From assembly GCA_963739205.1 (NCBI GenBank), contig CAVTZJ010000002.1:576192-640191 (forward strand): a stretch of DNA of 64,000 bases. Direction: 5' to 3'. A program made the position numbers and the translations under genes. Every line of letters starts with the position of its first letter. Positions within the stretch are counted from its first letter, which is position 1. A model generated the notes under the pieces. The model was not told the DNA's origin. It did no database searches and saw nothing but the letters and a program-made list of their open reading frames with translations. This stretch comes from an uncultured Pseudomonadota bacterium (GTDB lineage Bacteria; Pseudomonadota; Gammaproteobacteria; Burkholderiales; SG8-39). This document shows positions 1 through 9,752 of the stretch, in pieces.

Positions 1-2
1 CC

Positions 3-1055
3 GTGATCATCGCCGGCCAGGAGCTGGCGACGCACGACGCATTCGCCGAGGCCGCCGAGCTCGCCGAGCTGCTCGGCGCCGCCGTGTACCAGCAGTCGGT
101 GCCCTACGCCGCGCAATTCCCGACCGCGCACCCGGCCTACATGGGCGCGCTGACCCGCAACCAGAAGCAGGTGCGCGCCGCGCTCGAGCCGCACGACCTG
201 CTGCTGTGCCTCGGCGCGGACCTGCTGCGCATGTCGGTGTACAGCCCGATCGATCCGCTGCCGCCGCACCTGACCGTGATGCACCTCAGCGAGCGCGACT
301 GGGAGCTCGGCAAGAACAATGCGACCGAGTTCGCCGTGCAGGCGAACGTGCTCGAGACCCTGCGCGCCCTGCTGCCGCTCGTGCGCGTGCGGCGCTCGGG
401 CGAGACGGCTGCGCGGGCCGCCCAGCGCCTGGCTGCGCTCCTGCCGCGCAACTGGGCCGCGCAGCGCGGCAAGGCGCGCCTCGCCGCGCTCGAGGCGGCC
501 GAGGAAAAGCCGATCGACCCGAGGTTCCTCATGCTGCGCATCGCCGAGTCGCTGCCGGCGGATGCGGTGGTGGTGGAAGAAGCGCTCACCTCGGCGAACG
601 CGCTGCCGCAGTTCCTCGAGCTGCGCGACCCGCGCTGCTTCTACGGTCTGGCGAGCGGCGGCCTGGGCTTCGGCATGGCGGGCGCCGTGGGCGTGGCGCT
701 CGCGCAGCCGGGACGGCCGCTCGCGGCGGTGGTCGGCGACGGCAGCGCGATGTACGGCATCCAGGCGCTGTGGACCGCCGCGCACCTGAAGCTGCCGATC
801 ACCTACGTGATCACCAACAACCGCAGCTACCGCATCCTCAAGGAGCGCCTGGTCTCGATGCGCGGCACCGACCGCTTCGTCGGCATGGACCTGCGCGACC
901 CGGCGATCGATTTCACGGGCCTCGCGCAGTCGATGGGCGTGCCGGCGCGGCGCATCACCGACCCGCAGGAATTCGCGCCCGCGCTGCGCGAGGCGATGGC
1001 GAGCGGCGCGCCGCGCCTCATCGAGGTGATGGTGGCGGACGGGTTTGGGGGCTGA
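3..1055 (+). CDS. Thiamine-diphosphate-dependent enzyme (benzoylformate decarboxylase / acetolactate synthase family), C-terminal part; 5' end outside window
   Basis: ORF is open from the window edge. TPP-binding motif VVGDGSAMYGIQALWTAAHLKLPITYVITNNRSY. Protein-like composition. Confidence 0.85.
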   Translation: MIIAGQELATHDAFAEAAELAELLGAAVYQQSVPYAAQFPTAHPAYMGALTRNQKQVRAALEPHDLLLCLGADLLRMSVYSPIDPLPPHLTVMHLSERDWELGKNNATEFAVQANVLETLRALLPLVRVRRSGETAARAAQRLAALLPRNWAAQRGKARLAALEAAEEKPIDPRFLMLRIAESLPADAVVVEEALTSANALPQFLELRDPRCFYGLASGGLGFGMAGAVGVALAQPGRPLAAVVGDGSAMYGIQALWTAAHLKLPITYVITNNRSYRILKERLVSMRGTDRFVGMDLRDPAIDFTGLAQSMGVPARRITDPQEFAPALREAMASGAPRLIEVMVADGFGG

Positions 1056-1062
1056 CCCCGGA

Positions 1063-1091
1063 TTGACGCCGGGCGCCATGCCCTGAATACT
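1063..1091 (+). promoter_or_regulatory. Candidate sigma70 promoter upstream of the cysK-like gene
   Basis: TTGACG (1063-1068), 17-nt spacer, AATACT (1086-1091), about 50 nt before ATG 1144. By eye only. Confidence 0.35.
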
Positions 1092-1143
1092 CCCGGCTGT
1101 TCCGTCGGGTCTTTGCTTCCATATCGCTCTGGAGGGTGGTGCC

Positions 1144-2193
1144 ATGGCAAAGCGCTATTCGAACATCCTGGAAACGATCGGCAACACGCCGGTCGTGCGC
1201 ATCAACCGGCTGGCGCCGGCGGGCGTGAACCTGTTCGTCAAGGTCGAGGCCTTCAATCCGCTCGGCTCGGTCAAGGACCGCCTTGCGATCGGCGTGATCG
1301 AGGCGGCGGAGAAGTCCGGGCAGCTCAAGCCTGGGCAGACCGTGATCGAAGCGACGAGCGGCAACACCGGCATCGGCCTGGCGATGGTGTGCGCCGCCAA
1401 GGGCTATCCGCTGGTGCTGATCATGGCCGAGCCATTCAGCGTCGAGCGGCGCAAGCTGATGCGCTTCCTCGGCGCCAAGGTGATCATCACCCCGGCCGCC
1501 GAGCGCGCCGTCGGCATGATCGTCAAGATGGAAGAGCTCGCCGCCAAGAACGGCTGGTTCATGACGCGCCAGTTCGAGAACGAGGCCAACCCCGAATACC
1601 ATGCGCGCACTACCGCGCGCGAGATCATCAACGACTTCGCCGGCGAGCGGCTCGACTACTGGGTGACGGGCTACGGTACCGGCGGCACGCTGAAGGGCGT
1701 GGCGCAGGTGCTCAGGAAGGAGCGACCGGAGACGAAGATCGTCGTGTGCGAACCGTCGGACGCGCCGCTCATCGGCAGCGGGGTCCAGCAGTCGCGCAAG
1801 GCCGACGGCACACCCGCCGCGCCGCACCCGAGCTTCAAGCCGCACCCGATGCAGGGCTGGACGCCGGACTTCATCCCGAAGCTGACCGGCGACGCCGTCG
1901 ACATGAAGCTGATCGACCGCCTCCTTCCGATCCCCGGCCCGGAGGCGATCCGCTGCAGCAAAGAGCTCGCGACCAAGGAGGGCATCTTCGTCGGCATCAG
2001 CTCGGGAGGAACCTTCGCCGGCGCGCTCAAGGTCGCCGCCGAAGCGCCCAAGGGCGCCAACATCCTGTGCATGCTGCCGGATACGGGCGAGCGCTACCTG
2101 AGCACGCCGCTCTTTGCCGACGTTCCGGCCGACATGACCCCGGAGGAGCTCGCGATCTCGCGCTCGACGCCGAGCGCGCAACTCAAGACCTGA
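1144..2193 (+). CDS. cysK: Cysteine synthase A-like PLP-dependent enzyme
   Basis: Colinear with E. coli CysK as recalled: TIGNTPVVRINRL, NPLGSVKDR, ATSGNTGIGLA, GTGGTL, SSGG, GERYLSTPLFAD. SD GGAGGG upstream of the ATG. Confidence 0.85.
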   Translation: MAKRYSNILETIGNTPVVRINRLAPAGVNLFVKVEAFNPLGSVKDRLAIGVIEAAEKSGQLKPGQTVIEATSGNTGIGLAMVCAAKGYPLVLIMAEPFSVERRKLMRFLGAKVIITPAAERAVGMIVKMEELAAKNGWFMTRQFENEANPEYHARTTAREIINDFAGERLDYWVTGYGTGGTLKGVAQVLRKERPETKIVVCEPSDAPLIGSGVQQSRKADGTPAAPHPSFKPHPMQGWTPDFIPKLTGDAVDMKLIDRLLPIPGPEAIRCSKELATKEGIFVGISSGGTFAGALKVAAEAPKGANILCMLPDTGERYLSTPLFADVPADMTPEELAISRSTPSAQLKT

Positions 2194-2206
2194 GCCGGGG
2201 TCGCGC

Positions 2207-3379
2207 TTGATCCCGATCTCGCGGCGGGCCGCGGCGGCGGATCGCGCCTTCGACGTCGTCAAGGACTTCTATTTCCACTCGCGCTACGGCGCGCGGCGCG
2301 GCGATCCGGGCATCGCGGACTTCACCTTCGGCAACCCTCACGAGATGCCCCTCGCAGGGCTCGTGGCGGCGATCCGCGAGGGGGCGCTGCCGCAGAACAA
2401 GGACTGGTTCGCCTACAAGTCGAGCGAGGAAGCGCCGCAGGCTTTCCTCGCCGCGGCGGTCGGCAGGGAGCTGGGCCTCGCGTTCGAGCCGCCGGACATC
2501 GCGCTCACCGCCGGCGCCTTCGCGGCGATCTCGGTCGCCTTCCGCCTCGTGCTCGACGCCGGCGACGAGGCGATCTTCTCCGAGCCGGCCTGGTTCTGCT
2601 ACGAGCCGATGCTGCTCGCCGCCGACGCCGTGCCGCGCAAGCTGGCGCTCAAGAAGCCGAAGTTCGATCTCGACCTCGACGCGCTCGACGCCGCGATCGG
2701 ACCGCGCACGCGGCTGGTGATCGTCAACACGCCGCACAATCCGACCGGCCGCATCTACGCGCGCGAGGCGCTCGCCGCGCTCGCCGAACGGCTCGAGCGC
2801 GCCTCGCAACGCATCGGCCGCCGCATCTTCCTCCTGTCCGACGAGCCCTACCGGCGCCTGCGCTTCGACGGGCGCGGCTTCGTCAGTCCGGCGGCCGTCT
2901 ATCCGTGGACGCTCGTCTCCTACAGCTACGGCAAGGTGCTGCTCGCGCCGGGACAGCGCCTGGGCTACCTGGCGATCTCGCCGCTCATGCCGGCCGCCGA
3001 GCGGCAGGCGCTGCGCGACGCGATGTTCGCCACGCAGATGGCGCTCGGCTGGTGCTTCCCGAACGCCGTCATGCAGAACGCCGTGCCGCAGCTCGAGCAG
3101 CTCTCGATCGACGTGCAGGCGCTCGCCCGCCGCCGCGACGCGCTCAGCGCGGCGCTCGCCAAGGGCGGCCACGCCGTGCTGCCGCCGGAGGGGACGTTCT
3201 ACCTGTGGGTCAAATGGGCGCCCGGCGACCCCGAGCGGCAATGGAACGCGCTCGCCGATCGCGGCGTGTTCGTCCTGCCGGGCGGCATGATGAACGCCCC
3301 GGATTACTTCCGCATCAGCCTGACCGCCTCCGACGAAATGGTGGCGCGCGCCCTCCCGGACTTCGCCCGGGCGTCGTGA
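2207..3379 (+). CDS. Class I/II PLP-dependent aminotransferase
   Basis: NTPHNPTGRIY and SYSYGKVLLAPGQRLGY (Lys region) motifs. TTG is the first in-frame start, so the start is uncertain. Confidence 0.8.
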   Translation: MIPISRRAAAADRAFDVVKDFYFHSRYGARRGDPGIADFTFGNPHEMPLAGLVAAIREGALPQNKDWFAYKSSEEAPQAFLAAAVGRELGLAFEPPDIALTAGAFAAISVAFRLVLDAGDEAIFSEPAWFCYEPMLLAADAVPRKLALKKPKFDLDLDALDAAIGPRTRLVIVNTPHNPTGRIYAREALAALAERLERASQRIGRRIFLLSDEPYRRLRFDGRGFVSPAAVYPWTLVSYSYGKVLLAPGQRLGYLAISPLMPAAERQALRDAMFATQMALGWCFPNAVMQNAVPQLEQLSIDVQALARRRDALSAALAKGGHAVLPPEGTFYLWVKWAPGDPERQWNALADRGVFVLPGGMMNAPDYFRISLTASDEMVARALPDFARAS

Positions 3380-4962
3380 GATTCGACCTCGTCGTGGTCG
3401 GCGCGGGCTTCGCCGGCCTGTACATGCTGCACCGCGCGCGCGGCCTCGGGCTCGCGGCGCGCGTGTTCGAGGCCGGCTCGGGCGTGGGCGGCACCTGGTA
3501 CTGGAACCGCTATCCCGGCGCGCGCTGCGACATCGAGAGCCTGGAGTACTCCTACCAGTTCGACGAGCGGCTGCAGCAGGACTGGCGCTGGAGCGAGCGC
3601 TTCGCTGCGCAGCCGGAGATCCTGCGCTACGCCGACCACGTCGCCGACCGCTTCGGACTGCGCAGCGACATCCAGTTGAACACGCGCGTCGTCGCCGCGC
3701 ACTTCGACGAGTCCGCGCGCCGCTGGACGGTGCGCACCGAAGAAGGGCAACAGGCCACGGCGCAGTTCCTCGTCATGGCCACCGGATGCCTCTCCGTGCC
3801 GAACAGGCCCGGGCTTCCAGGACTCGAGCGCTACGCGGGCGCGGTGTACCACACCGGCGCATGGCCGCACGAGAAGGTCGACTTCGGCGGCAAGCGGGTC
3901 GGCGTGATCGGCACCGGCTCCTCGGCCGTGCAATCGATCCCGCTCATCGCCGAAGAAGCGCGCGAGCTCTACGTCTTCCAGCGCACCGCGACCTACTCGG
4001 TGCCGGCCCATAACGGCCCGCTCGATCCGGCCTACGAGGCCCGCGTCAAGGCCGACTACGCCGGTTTCCGCGCGCGCAACAGCCAGATGCCGAACGCCTT
4101 CGGCTCGAACCTGCCGCGCAACGAGGCTTCCGCGCTCGCTGCGACGCCGCAGGAGCGGCACCGCGCGTTCCAGGCACGCTGGGGGCACGGCGGGCTGTTC
4201 TTTCTCGGCGCGTTCGGCGATCTCATCCTCGATGCGCGGGCGAACGAGACCGCGGCCGAGTTCGTGCGCGAAAAGGTCCGCGCCACCGTGCGCGACCCGG
4301 CGCTCGCCGAGCGCCTGCTGCCCAGGCAACGCATCGGCTGCAAGCGCCTGTGCCTCGACAGCGGCTACTACGAGACCTTCAACCGCGACAACGTCGAGCT
4401 CGTGGACCTGAACGAGGCGCCGCTCAAGGGCGCGACGCCTACGGGGCTGCGTGCCGGCGGGCGCGACTATGCGCTCGACGCCATCGTCTTTGCGACCGGC
4501 TTCGACGCGATGACCGGGGCGCTCGCGCGCATCGACATCCGCGGGCGCGGCGCTCGCTCGCTCAGCGACGCCTGGTCCGGCGGGCCGCGCAGCTACCTCG
4601 GCCTCGCGGTGGCGGGCTTTCCGAACCTGTTCACCATCACCGGACCGGGCAGCCCATCGGTACTCACCAACATGCTGGTGTCGATCGAGCAGCACGTGAA
4701 CTGGATCGCCGACTGCATCGCACAGCTGAACGCGCGCGGGCACGCCACGATCGAGGCGCTGCCGCAGGCGCAGGACGCCTGGGTCGCGCACGTGAATGCG
4801 GTCGCCGACCGCACCGTGTACCCCTTGTGCAATTCCTGGTACCTCGGCGCCAACGTGCCGGGCAAGCCGCGCGTGTTCATGCCGCTGCTCGGCTTCCCCG
4901 CCTACGTGAATAAGTGCGAAGACGTCGTCGCGCGCGGCTACGAGGGCTTCGCGCTCGCCTGA
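3376..4962 (+). CDS. Baeyer-Villiger (flavin-containing, cyclohexanone-type) monooxygenase
   Basis: GTG start overlaps the upstream stop (GTGA). FAD fold VVVGAGFAGL, BVMO fingerprint YAGAVYHTGAWP, second Rossmann VGVIGTGSSAVQ. The ORF-track 5' extension (2905-3375) overlaps the aminotransferase and is not used. Confidence 0.88.
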   Translation: MRFDLVVVGAGFAGLYMLHRARGLGLAARVFEAGSGVGGTWYWNRYPGARCDIESLEYSYQFDERLQQDWRWSERFAAQPEILRYADHVADRFGLRSDIQLNTRVVAAHFDESARRWTVRTEEGQQATAQFLVMATGCLSVPNRPGLPGLERYAGAVYHTGAWPHEKVDFGGKRVGVIGTGSSAVQSIPLIAEEARELYVFQRTATYSVPAHNGPLDPAYEARVKADYAGFRARNSQMPNAFGSNLPRNEASALAATPQERHRAFQARWGHGGLFFLGAFGDLILDARANETAAEFVREKVRATVRDPALAERLLPRQRIGCKRLCLDSGYYETFNRDNVELVDLNEAPLKGATPTGLRAGGRDYALDAIVFATGFDAMTGALARIDIRGRGARSLSDAWSGGPRSYLGLAVAGFPNLFTITGPGSPSVLTNMLVSIEQHVNWIADCIAQLNARGHATIEALPQAQDAWVAHVNAVADRTVYPLCNSWYLGANVPGKPRVFMPLLGFPAYVNKCEDVVARGYEGFALA

Positions 4963-4974
4963 GGCCGCCCGCGA

Positions 4975-6543
4975 TTACTCGGGCAGTCCGGCCAAGCGCA
5001 GGCCCTCTTCGTATTTGGCGACGTCTTCCGGCCGTCGATAGGGTCCGAGCACTTCTGCGAGCTTCGAAACCCGCAGCGTCGGATAGAGATCACGCAGCCT
5101 TGCTGCCGATTCACGCGCTCGCTCTAGCCGGCCCGCGAGCGCGTTACTCGCGGCGTCGATGCGTAACGCCCCCTGAAGATCGGGGTGGCTCCGCAGTGCC
5201 ATCGCTGCCCAAGACGATGCGTCATCGTACTGGCCCGTAAAAAAGTGGGCGTGCGCTATAGCGAACTGCATTCCCGGCATGCGCCGATCGAGTGGACTGA
5301 GGCGCATCGCGCGGGCGATGCGAGCGATCGCCTCGTCGGGCTCGCCAAGCCAGATCTTCACCCAGCCGCCCCAAAGCCATGCGTCCGCCAGGTTCGGATT
5401 GATCAACAGCGCCCGATCGACGAAGGCCGCACCGGCGTCGAGATCTCCCACGACATAGGCGAGCGCCCATGCTCCCGCGCCGAGCACGAATGCGTCGTCC
5501 GCGCCCAACTCCACCGCCCGCCGAGCCAGTGTCTTCGTTTCGTTCACTTCATTCGCGGGGTCGATCATCCAGCTGTGTCCCTTGCGCAGCACGTAGCAAC
5601 TGGCAGCCATGGCGTAAGCCGACGCGAAATCCGGATCGAGGTCGATCGCCCGGTTGAACAGACGCAACGCCTCGGCGTTGGCCTCTCGGCTCTCGAATCG
5701 GTAATAGCTTGCGAGGCCGCGCAGGTAATAGTCATACGCGTCGAGGCTCTCGGTCGGCTTGCGCCGTGCGCGATCGATCTCTGCCCGTTCCAGCTTCGGC
5801 GTGACGGCGCCGACGACGCTCGACGTGATCCGATCCTGCAAATCGAAGATGTCGTCGAGCTCGCCGTCGAAGCGGTCGGCCCAGATGTGCGCCCCCGTCG
5901 ACACATCGACGAGCTGCCCGGCAATGCGAACCTTGCTCCCCGCCTTGCGCACGCTCCCCTCCAGCACATAACGCACCGAGAGATCGCGCCCGACCTGTTT
6001 CACGTTCACGGCCTTTCCCTTGTAAACGAAGCTCGAATTTCGCGCGATCACGAAGAGCGAGCGCATGCGCGAGAGCGCCGTGATGAGCTCTTCCACCAGG
6101 CCATCGGCGAAATACTCCTGCTCGGGTTCGCCGCTCAGGTTCTGGAACGGCAGGACCGCAATCGACGGCATGTCCTGCGCCGGTGCAGGGGCGGGAATCG
6201 GGTCGGCCAGCACCTCGCCGTCGAAAAGATAACCCTGGCGCGCAACGGTCTTGATGAGGCTCGCCCCGGGCTCACCGAGGGCCGCGCGCAACTCGGTGAC
6301 GCACTGCGAAAGCGAGCCTTCGGCCACCACCGCCTTCGGCCACAGCGCGGCCAGGAGCTCGTCCTTGCCCAGGACCCGCCCCGGGCTGGCGACGAACAGC
6401 GTCAACAAGGCGTAGGTCTTCGGCCTTAGCGCGACGGGCTCGCCCGAACGCGTGAACTCCGCGCGCGCCGGGTCGAGCCGGAACTCATCGAATCGCACCG
6501 CCGCAGCCGGCGGTCGCCGCGCCTCAAGCTCACCCACGCCCAC
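4975..6543 (-). CDS. Winged-helix (OmpR/CadC-type) DNA-binding protein with TolB-N-like and TPR region
   Basis: N-terminal FDEFRLDPARAEF...LRPKTYALLTLFV...GKDELLAALW. Then IAVLPFQNLSGEPEQEYFADG, then TPR-like repeats. GTG start. Confidence 0.8.
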   Translation of the reverse strand: MGVGELEARRPPAAAVRFDEFRLDPARAEFTRSGEPVALRPKTYALLTLFVASPGRVLGKDELLAALWPKAVVAEGSLSQCVTELRAALGEPGASLIKTVARQGYLFDGEVLADPIPAPAPAQDMPSIAVLPFQNLSGEPEQEYFADGLVEELITALSRMRSLFVIARNSSFVYKGKAVNVKQVGRDLSVRYVLEGSVRKAGSKVRIAGQLVDVSTGAHIWADRFDGELDDIFDLQDRITSSVVGAVTPKLERAEIDRARRKPTESLDAYDYYLRGLASYYRFESREANAEALRLFNRAIDLDPDFASAYAMAASCYVLRKGHSWMIDPANEVNETKTLARRAVELGADDAFVLGAGAWALAYVVGDLDAGAAFVDRALLINPNLADAWLWGGWVKIWLGEPDEAIARIARAMRLSPLDRRMPGMQFAIAHAHFFTGQYDDASSWAAMALRSHPDLQGALRIDAASNALAGRLERARESAARLRDLYPTLRVSKLAEVLGPYRRPEDVAKYEEGLRLAGLPE

Positions 6544-6678
6544 GACACCCCCCGGCGCCGAATTTCATGAAAGCTTCGCGAAAGCTTCGGCGAGATTTGA
6601 AGACAGGTCAAGACCTCGGCAGGCACTGTCTCCTCTTCAGAAAGCGGCTTCACCGCCAAGCCCTGCGGGAGGCGTGCC

Positions 6679-7053
6679 ATGCAATATCCACTTGTTCGTG
6701 CAGCGCTGATTGGCCTCGCGCTCGTCTGCGACGGCGCCGATGCACGCGAAAACTTGGCACGCTTCGACTTTCCGGGCGCCCGCGGGTCGCTGCAGCTATG
6801 GACCGAGCCTTGTGCGGACGCGGCGATCGTGCGGCTCTACGACGACGACATGCCCGAGCCGTTCCTAACCGGCGCGCTCGATCTTCATGGGCGCGTCCTC
6901 AGCGGATGCTGGTACCAGGCGGATGGTCGCGTCTTCTTCACGGACAACGAGGGGAATCTGCTCGTGCCGCCGCCACGGGTCGACCAGTTCTGGTCTCCGG
7001 ACGGCCTGCAGCGATTCGATCAGGAGGCAATTCTTCACACGTACATTCGGTAA
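6679..7053 (+). CDS. Hypothetical secreted protein
   Basis: SD GGGAGG 6 nt upstream of the ATG. N-terminal signal-like MQYPLVRAALIGLALVCDGADA. No recognisable domain. Confidence 0.5.
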   Translation: MQYPLVRAALIGLALVCDGADARENLARFDFPGARGSLQLWTEPCADAAIVRLYDDDMPEPFLTGALDLHGRVLSGCWYQADGRVFFTDNEGNLLVPPPRVDQFWSPDGLQRFDQEAILHTYIR

Positions 7054-7132
7054 CACACTGTAAAGGACGCCGTGCGGCCCTGCGCGTTGAATGGAGCCGT
7101 AGCAACCCGTTCAACGACACAGGAGAAGCGAC

Positions 7133-7456
7133 ATGATCAGGAAGACAGTCTATCTGGCAGTGACCGCGGCGATGCTCGCCGTGAGCGGAGTGAGTTTCGC
7201 GCAGGCAAGCCATAACGGCGACGTGCGCGGCGACCGCCGCGAGCTGCGGCAGGACCGGCACGACCTGCGCGGCGACCGGCGCGACATGCGCCAGGACCGC
7301 CACGCGATGAGGCACGACCTGCGCACCGGAAATCGAGCGGGCGCGCGCGCGCAGCGCCGCGACCTGCGTGGTGACCGCCACGATTTCCCCGCGGACCGCC
7401 ACGACATGCGCGGCGACCGCCACGCGATGCACGTCGCCCGGAACGGCCAGCGCTAG
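7133..7456 (+). CDS. Small secreted Arg/Asp/His-rich heptad-repeat protein
   Basis: SD AGGAGA. Signal peptide MIRKTVYLAVTAAMLAVSGVSFAQA. Then about 10 repeats of R-x-D-R-x-D-[LM] (RGDRRELRQDRHDLRGDRRDMRQDRHAM...). Confidence 0.55.
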   Translation: MIRKTVYLAVTAAMLAVSGVSFAQASHNGDVRGDRRELRQDRHDLRGDRRDMRQDRHAMRHDLRTGNRAGARAQRRDLRGDRHDFPADRHDMRGDRHAMHVARNGQR

Positions 7457-7500
7457 CCACATTTCGCGCGCGCCGGCGGCCGCGCGGTCGCCGGCGCGCG

Positions 7501-8271
7501 CTATTTGCGGTCCGGGTAGCTCACCGCCATCCCCGCGCGCACGTCCTGCTGGATGCCGTACTGCGGGAACGGGTAGCGAAAGCCGTTCTTCGCCAGAGCC
7601 TGCATCCCGGCGATCGCGCCCGCGAGGCGCTCCGGCGGCAGCGCCATCAGCATCTCGTCGTCCTCCACTCCGCCGTAGCGGCGCTCGGCGAAGCACGGAA
7701 TCGACAGACTCGGCTCGCGCGTCCTGAGTGCGCGGCCCCAGGAGTCGGCGCAGGCCGACTCGCCCACCACGCTCCAGTCGAAGCGCTTGTAGCCCGACCA
7801 CTGCAGCCCGTTGATGAAATACATCATCGCGCCCGGCGTGGCGTAGAAGAGCGCGATGTCGGGCGGATCGAGCCGCCCGCTCGCCAGCGGTGCGACCGCG
7901 AGCGCTTCGTAGCGACCCTTCTGCACCACGTTCATCGCCGCCTGGTGGCGGCCCGCGTCCTCGAGCGTCGCGAACCATCTGCCGACCATGTGCTGCCCGG
8001 AATACCACTTGTCATCCTGCCCGCCCAGGCCGACCACCGAGCGGCACTGGTCGCCCACAAGGTCCTCGGCCGTCACGCCCACGGTCCAGCCCAGGCGCGC
8101 CGCCTGCGCCACCACCTGGTCGAGCGTGTGCACCGCCTTAGGCCGCCGGATCCTCGGCAGCGCCTCCATGTCCGCGCGCGACTCGAACAGCTTCATGCCG
8201 AAAGGGATGGTGCGCAGCCTGAGCAGCCGCTCCAGCTCCGCGGCGAGTTCCGGCCAATCGGTGTCGCTCAT
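7501..8271 (-). CDS. DUF169 (COG2043)-like protein
   Basis: 256-aa ORF with protein-like composition. N-terminal LRTIPFGMKLFES pattern as recalled for DUF169. Its ATG overlaps the upstream DGC stop (ATGA). Confidence 0.7.
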   Translation of the reverse strand: MSDTDWPELAAELERLLRLRTIPFGMKLFESRADMEALPRIRRPKAVHTLDQVVAQAARLGWTVGVTAEDLVGDQCRSVVGLGGQDDKWYSGQHMVGRWFATLEDAGRHQAAMNVVQKGRYEALAVAPLASGRLDPPDIALFYATPGAMMYFINGLQWSGYKRFDWSVVGESACADSWGRALRTREPSLSIPCFAERRYGGVEDDEMLMALPPERLAGAIAGMQALAKNGFRYPFPQYGIQQDVRAGMAVSYPDRK

Positions 8272-9341
8272 TTCTTTCCTTTCGCGTGGACCGGCTTCTT
8301 GTCGCTTTCGTGCTGCACGGTGCGATCCCTGCCGAGCTCCTTAGCGCGGTACAGCGCCCGGTCCGCGCAAGCGATCCATTCGCCGTGGTTGGCGAGCGTG
8401 TCGTCCGCGGTGGCCGTGCCGATGCTCACCGTGCAGCGGATGTCCTCGGAGTCCACCATCACCGCCGCTTCGATCGCCTTGCGGATGCGCTCGGCGATCA
8501 CCAGCGCGCCGGCCGCGTCGGTCTCGGGCAGGACGATGCCGAACTCCTCGCCGCCGTAGCGCCCGGCGACGTCGAACTCACGCATGCTCAGCCGCAGCAG
8601 CGCGCCGATGCCGCGTATCACCTGGTCGCCCACGAGGTGACCGAAAGTATCGTTGATGCGCTTGAAGTGATCGATGTCGAGCATCAGCAGGCTCACCGGA
8701 CGGCCGCTGCGACGGTGCCGCCTGAACTCGGTCGCCGCCGTCTCCTCCCAGGCGGTACGGTTCAGCAGCGTGGAGAGCCCGTCGGTGCGGCTCAGCTTGG
8801 CGAGCTGCCGGTTCTGCTCGCGCACACGGCGCGAGAGGTTGTAGGTGACCACCCCGACCGCGACCGGGTAGGCGACGAACAGCGGCATGCAGGCGATCAC
8901 GCTCAGCATGCTGGTGCGCGGCTCGAATTCGAAGCCGAACAGCAGCACCGTCGCGCCGCAGGCCAGCAGCTGCGCGGTCGCCGTGCGCGCCAACAGGCGC
9001 CAGCCGCCGAGGCTGATCTTGTCCATGCTCAGCATGGTGACGACCAGCACGCTTGGCAGCAGGTTGAACCCCATGAGCGCGACCCACGCGCCGCCGAGCG
9101 CCGAGTCGGTGGTCAGGTTGACCAGCTCGTAGCGGTACGGGTCGCGGCTGTAGCGCGCAATCAGGTAGGCGGCGTGCGGCCAGAGAAAGCACGTGGCGGC
9201 GAGGCCCGCCCAGGTCGGGCGGTCCGCGCCGATCTCGAGCAGCACCGAGCCGGCCGCGAGAAAGCCCATCGCCCAGCCGGTGATGCGCGGCAGGTAGAGG
9301 CGCCGCGCGAAGCGCAGGCCCCTGCGCTTGTCGATCGCCAC
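8268..9341 (-). CDS. Diguanylate cyclase, MASE2 membrane domain + GGDEF (AdrA/DgcC-like)
   Basis: GLRFARRLYLPRITGWAMGFL...WPHAAYLIA matches the E. coli AdrA N-terminus as recalled. GGEEFGIVL active site and RxxD-type region. Confidence 0.9.
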   Translation of the reverse strand: MAIDKRRGLRFARRLYLPRITGWAMGFLAAGSVLLEIGADRPTWAGLAATCFLWPHAAYLIARYSRDPYRYELVNLTTDSALGGAWVALMGFNLLPSVLVVTMLSMDKISLGGWRLLARTATAQLLACGATVLLFGFEFEPRTSMLSVIACMPLFVAYPVAVGVVTYNLSRRVREQNRQLAKLSRTDGLSTLLNRTAWEETAATEFRRHRRSGRPVSLLMLDIDHFKRINDTFGHLVGDQVIRGIGALLRLSMREFDVAGRYGGEEFGIVLPETDAAGALVIAERIRKAIEAAVMVDSEDIRCTVSIGTATADDTLANHGEWIACADRALYRAKELGRDRTVQHESDKKPVHAKGKK

Positions 9342-9365
9342 CCGTCGAGGGGGCCGCGGCCCCGC

Positions 9366-9752
9366 TCAGACCAGCTGCAGGAAGATCAGCGCCAGGCCGA
9401 CCACCGAAACCGCCCACACGCCGGTACGCAGCCAGGGAACGCCGACCAGGTACACCACTGCGTAGGCGAGCCGCGCCCAGAAGAAGAGTTGCGCCCCGAG
9501 CAGGGTCATCGCGTTCGTCTTGCCGGCCGCGACCGCGACCAGCACGAGCGCGGCGAACAGCACCAGGTTTTCGGTCATGTTGCGGTGCGCGCGCGCCGCG
9601 CGTCCCGCCCAGCCGGTGATCTCCGGGAATTTCTCGCGGTTGCCGACGAGCGTCAGCAGTCCGACCTGCATCTGCGCTCCCATTACCGCCACCACCACCT
9701 GCACAAACGCGAGCAACACGGACCACACCAGCAAGCTAAGTTCGGGGTTCAT
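9366..9752 (-). CDS. MAPEG family membrane protein
   Basis: 128 aa, 3-4 TM segments, AHRNMTENLVLFAALVL motif. Confidence 0.75.
   Translation of the reverse strand: MNPELSLLVWSVLLAFVQVVVAVMGAQMQVGLLTLVGNREKFPEITGWAGRAARAHRNMTENLVLFAALVLVAVAAGKTNAMTLLGAQLFFWARLAYAVVYLVGVPWLRTGVWAVSVVGLALIFLQLV

Noticed and set aside
2905-3375. The N-terminal extension of the monooxygenase ORF.
   Set aside because: It overlaps the 3' third of the aminotransferase in another frame. The FAD-binding fold begins right after GTG 3376, which overlaps the aminotransferase stop.
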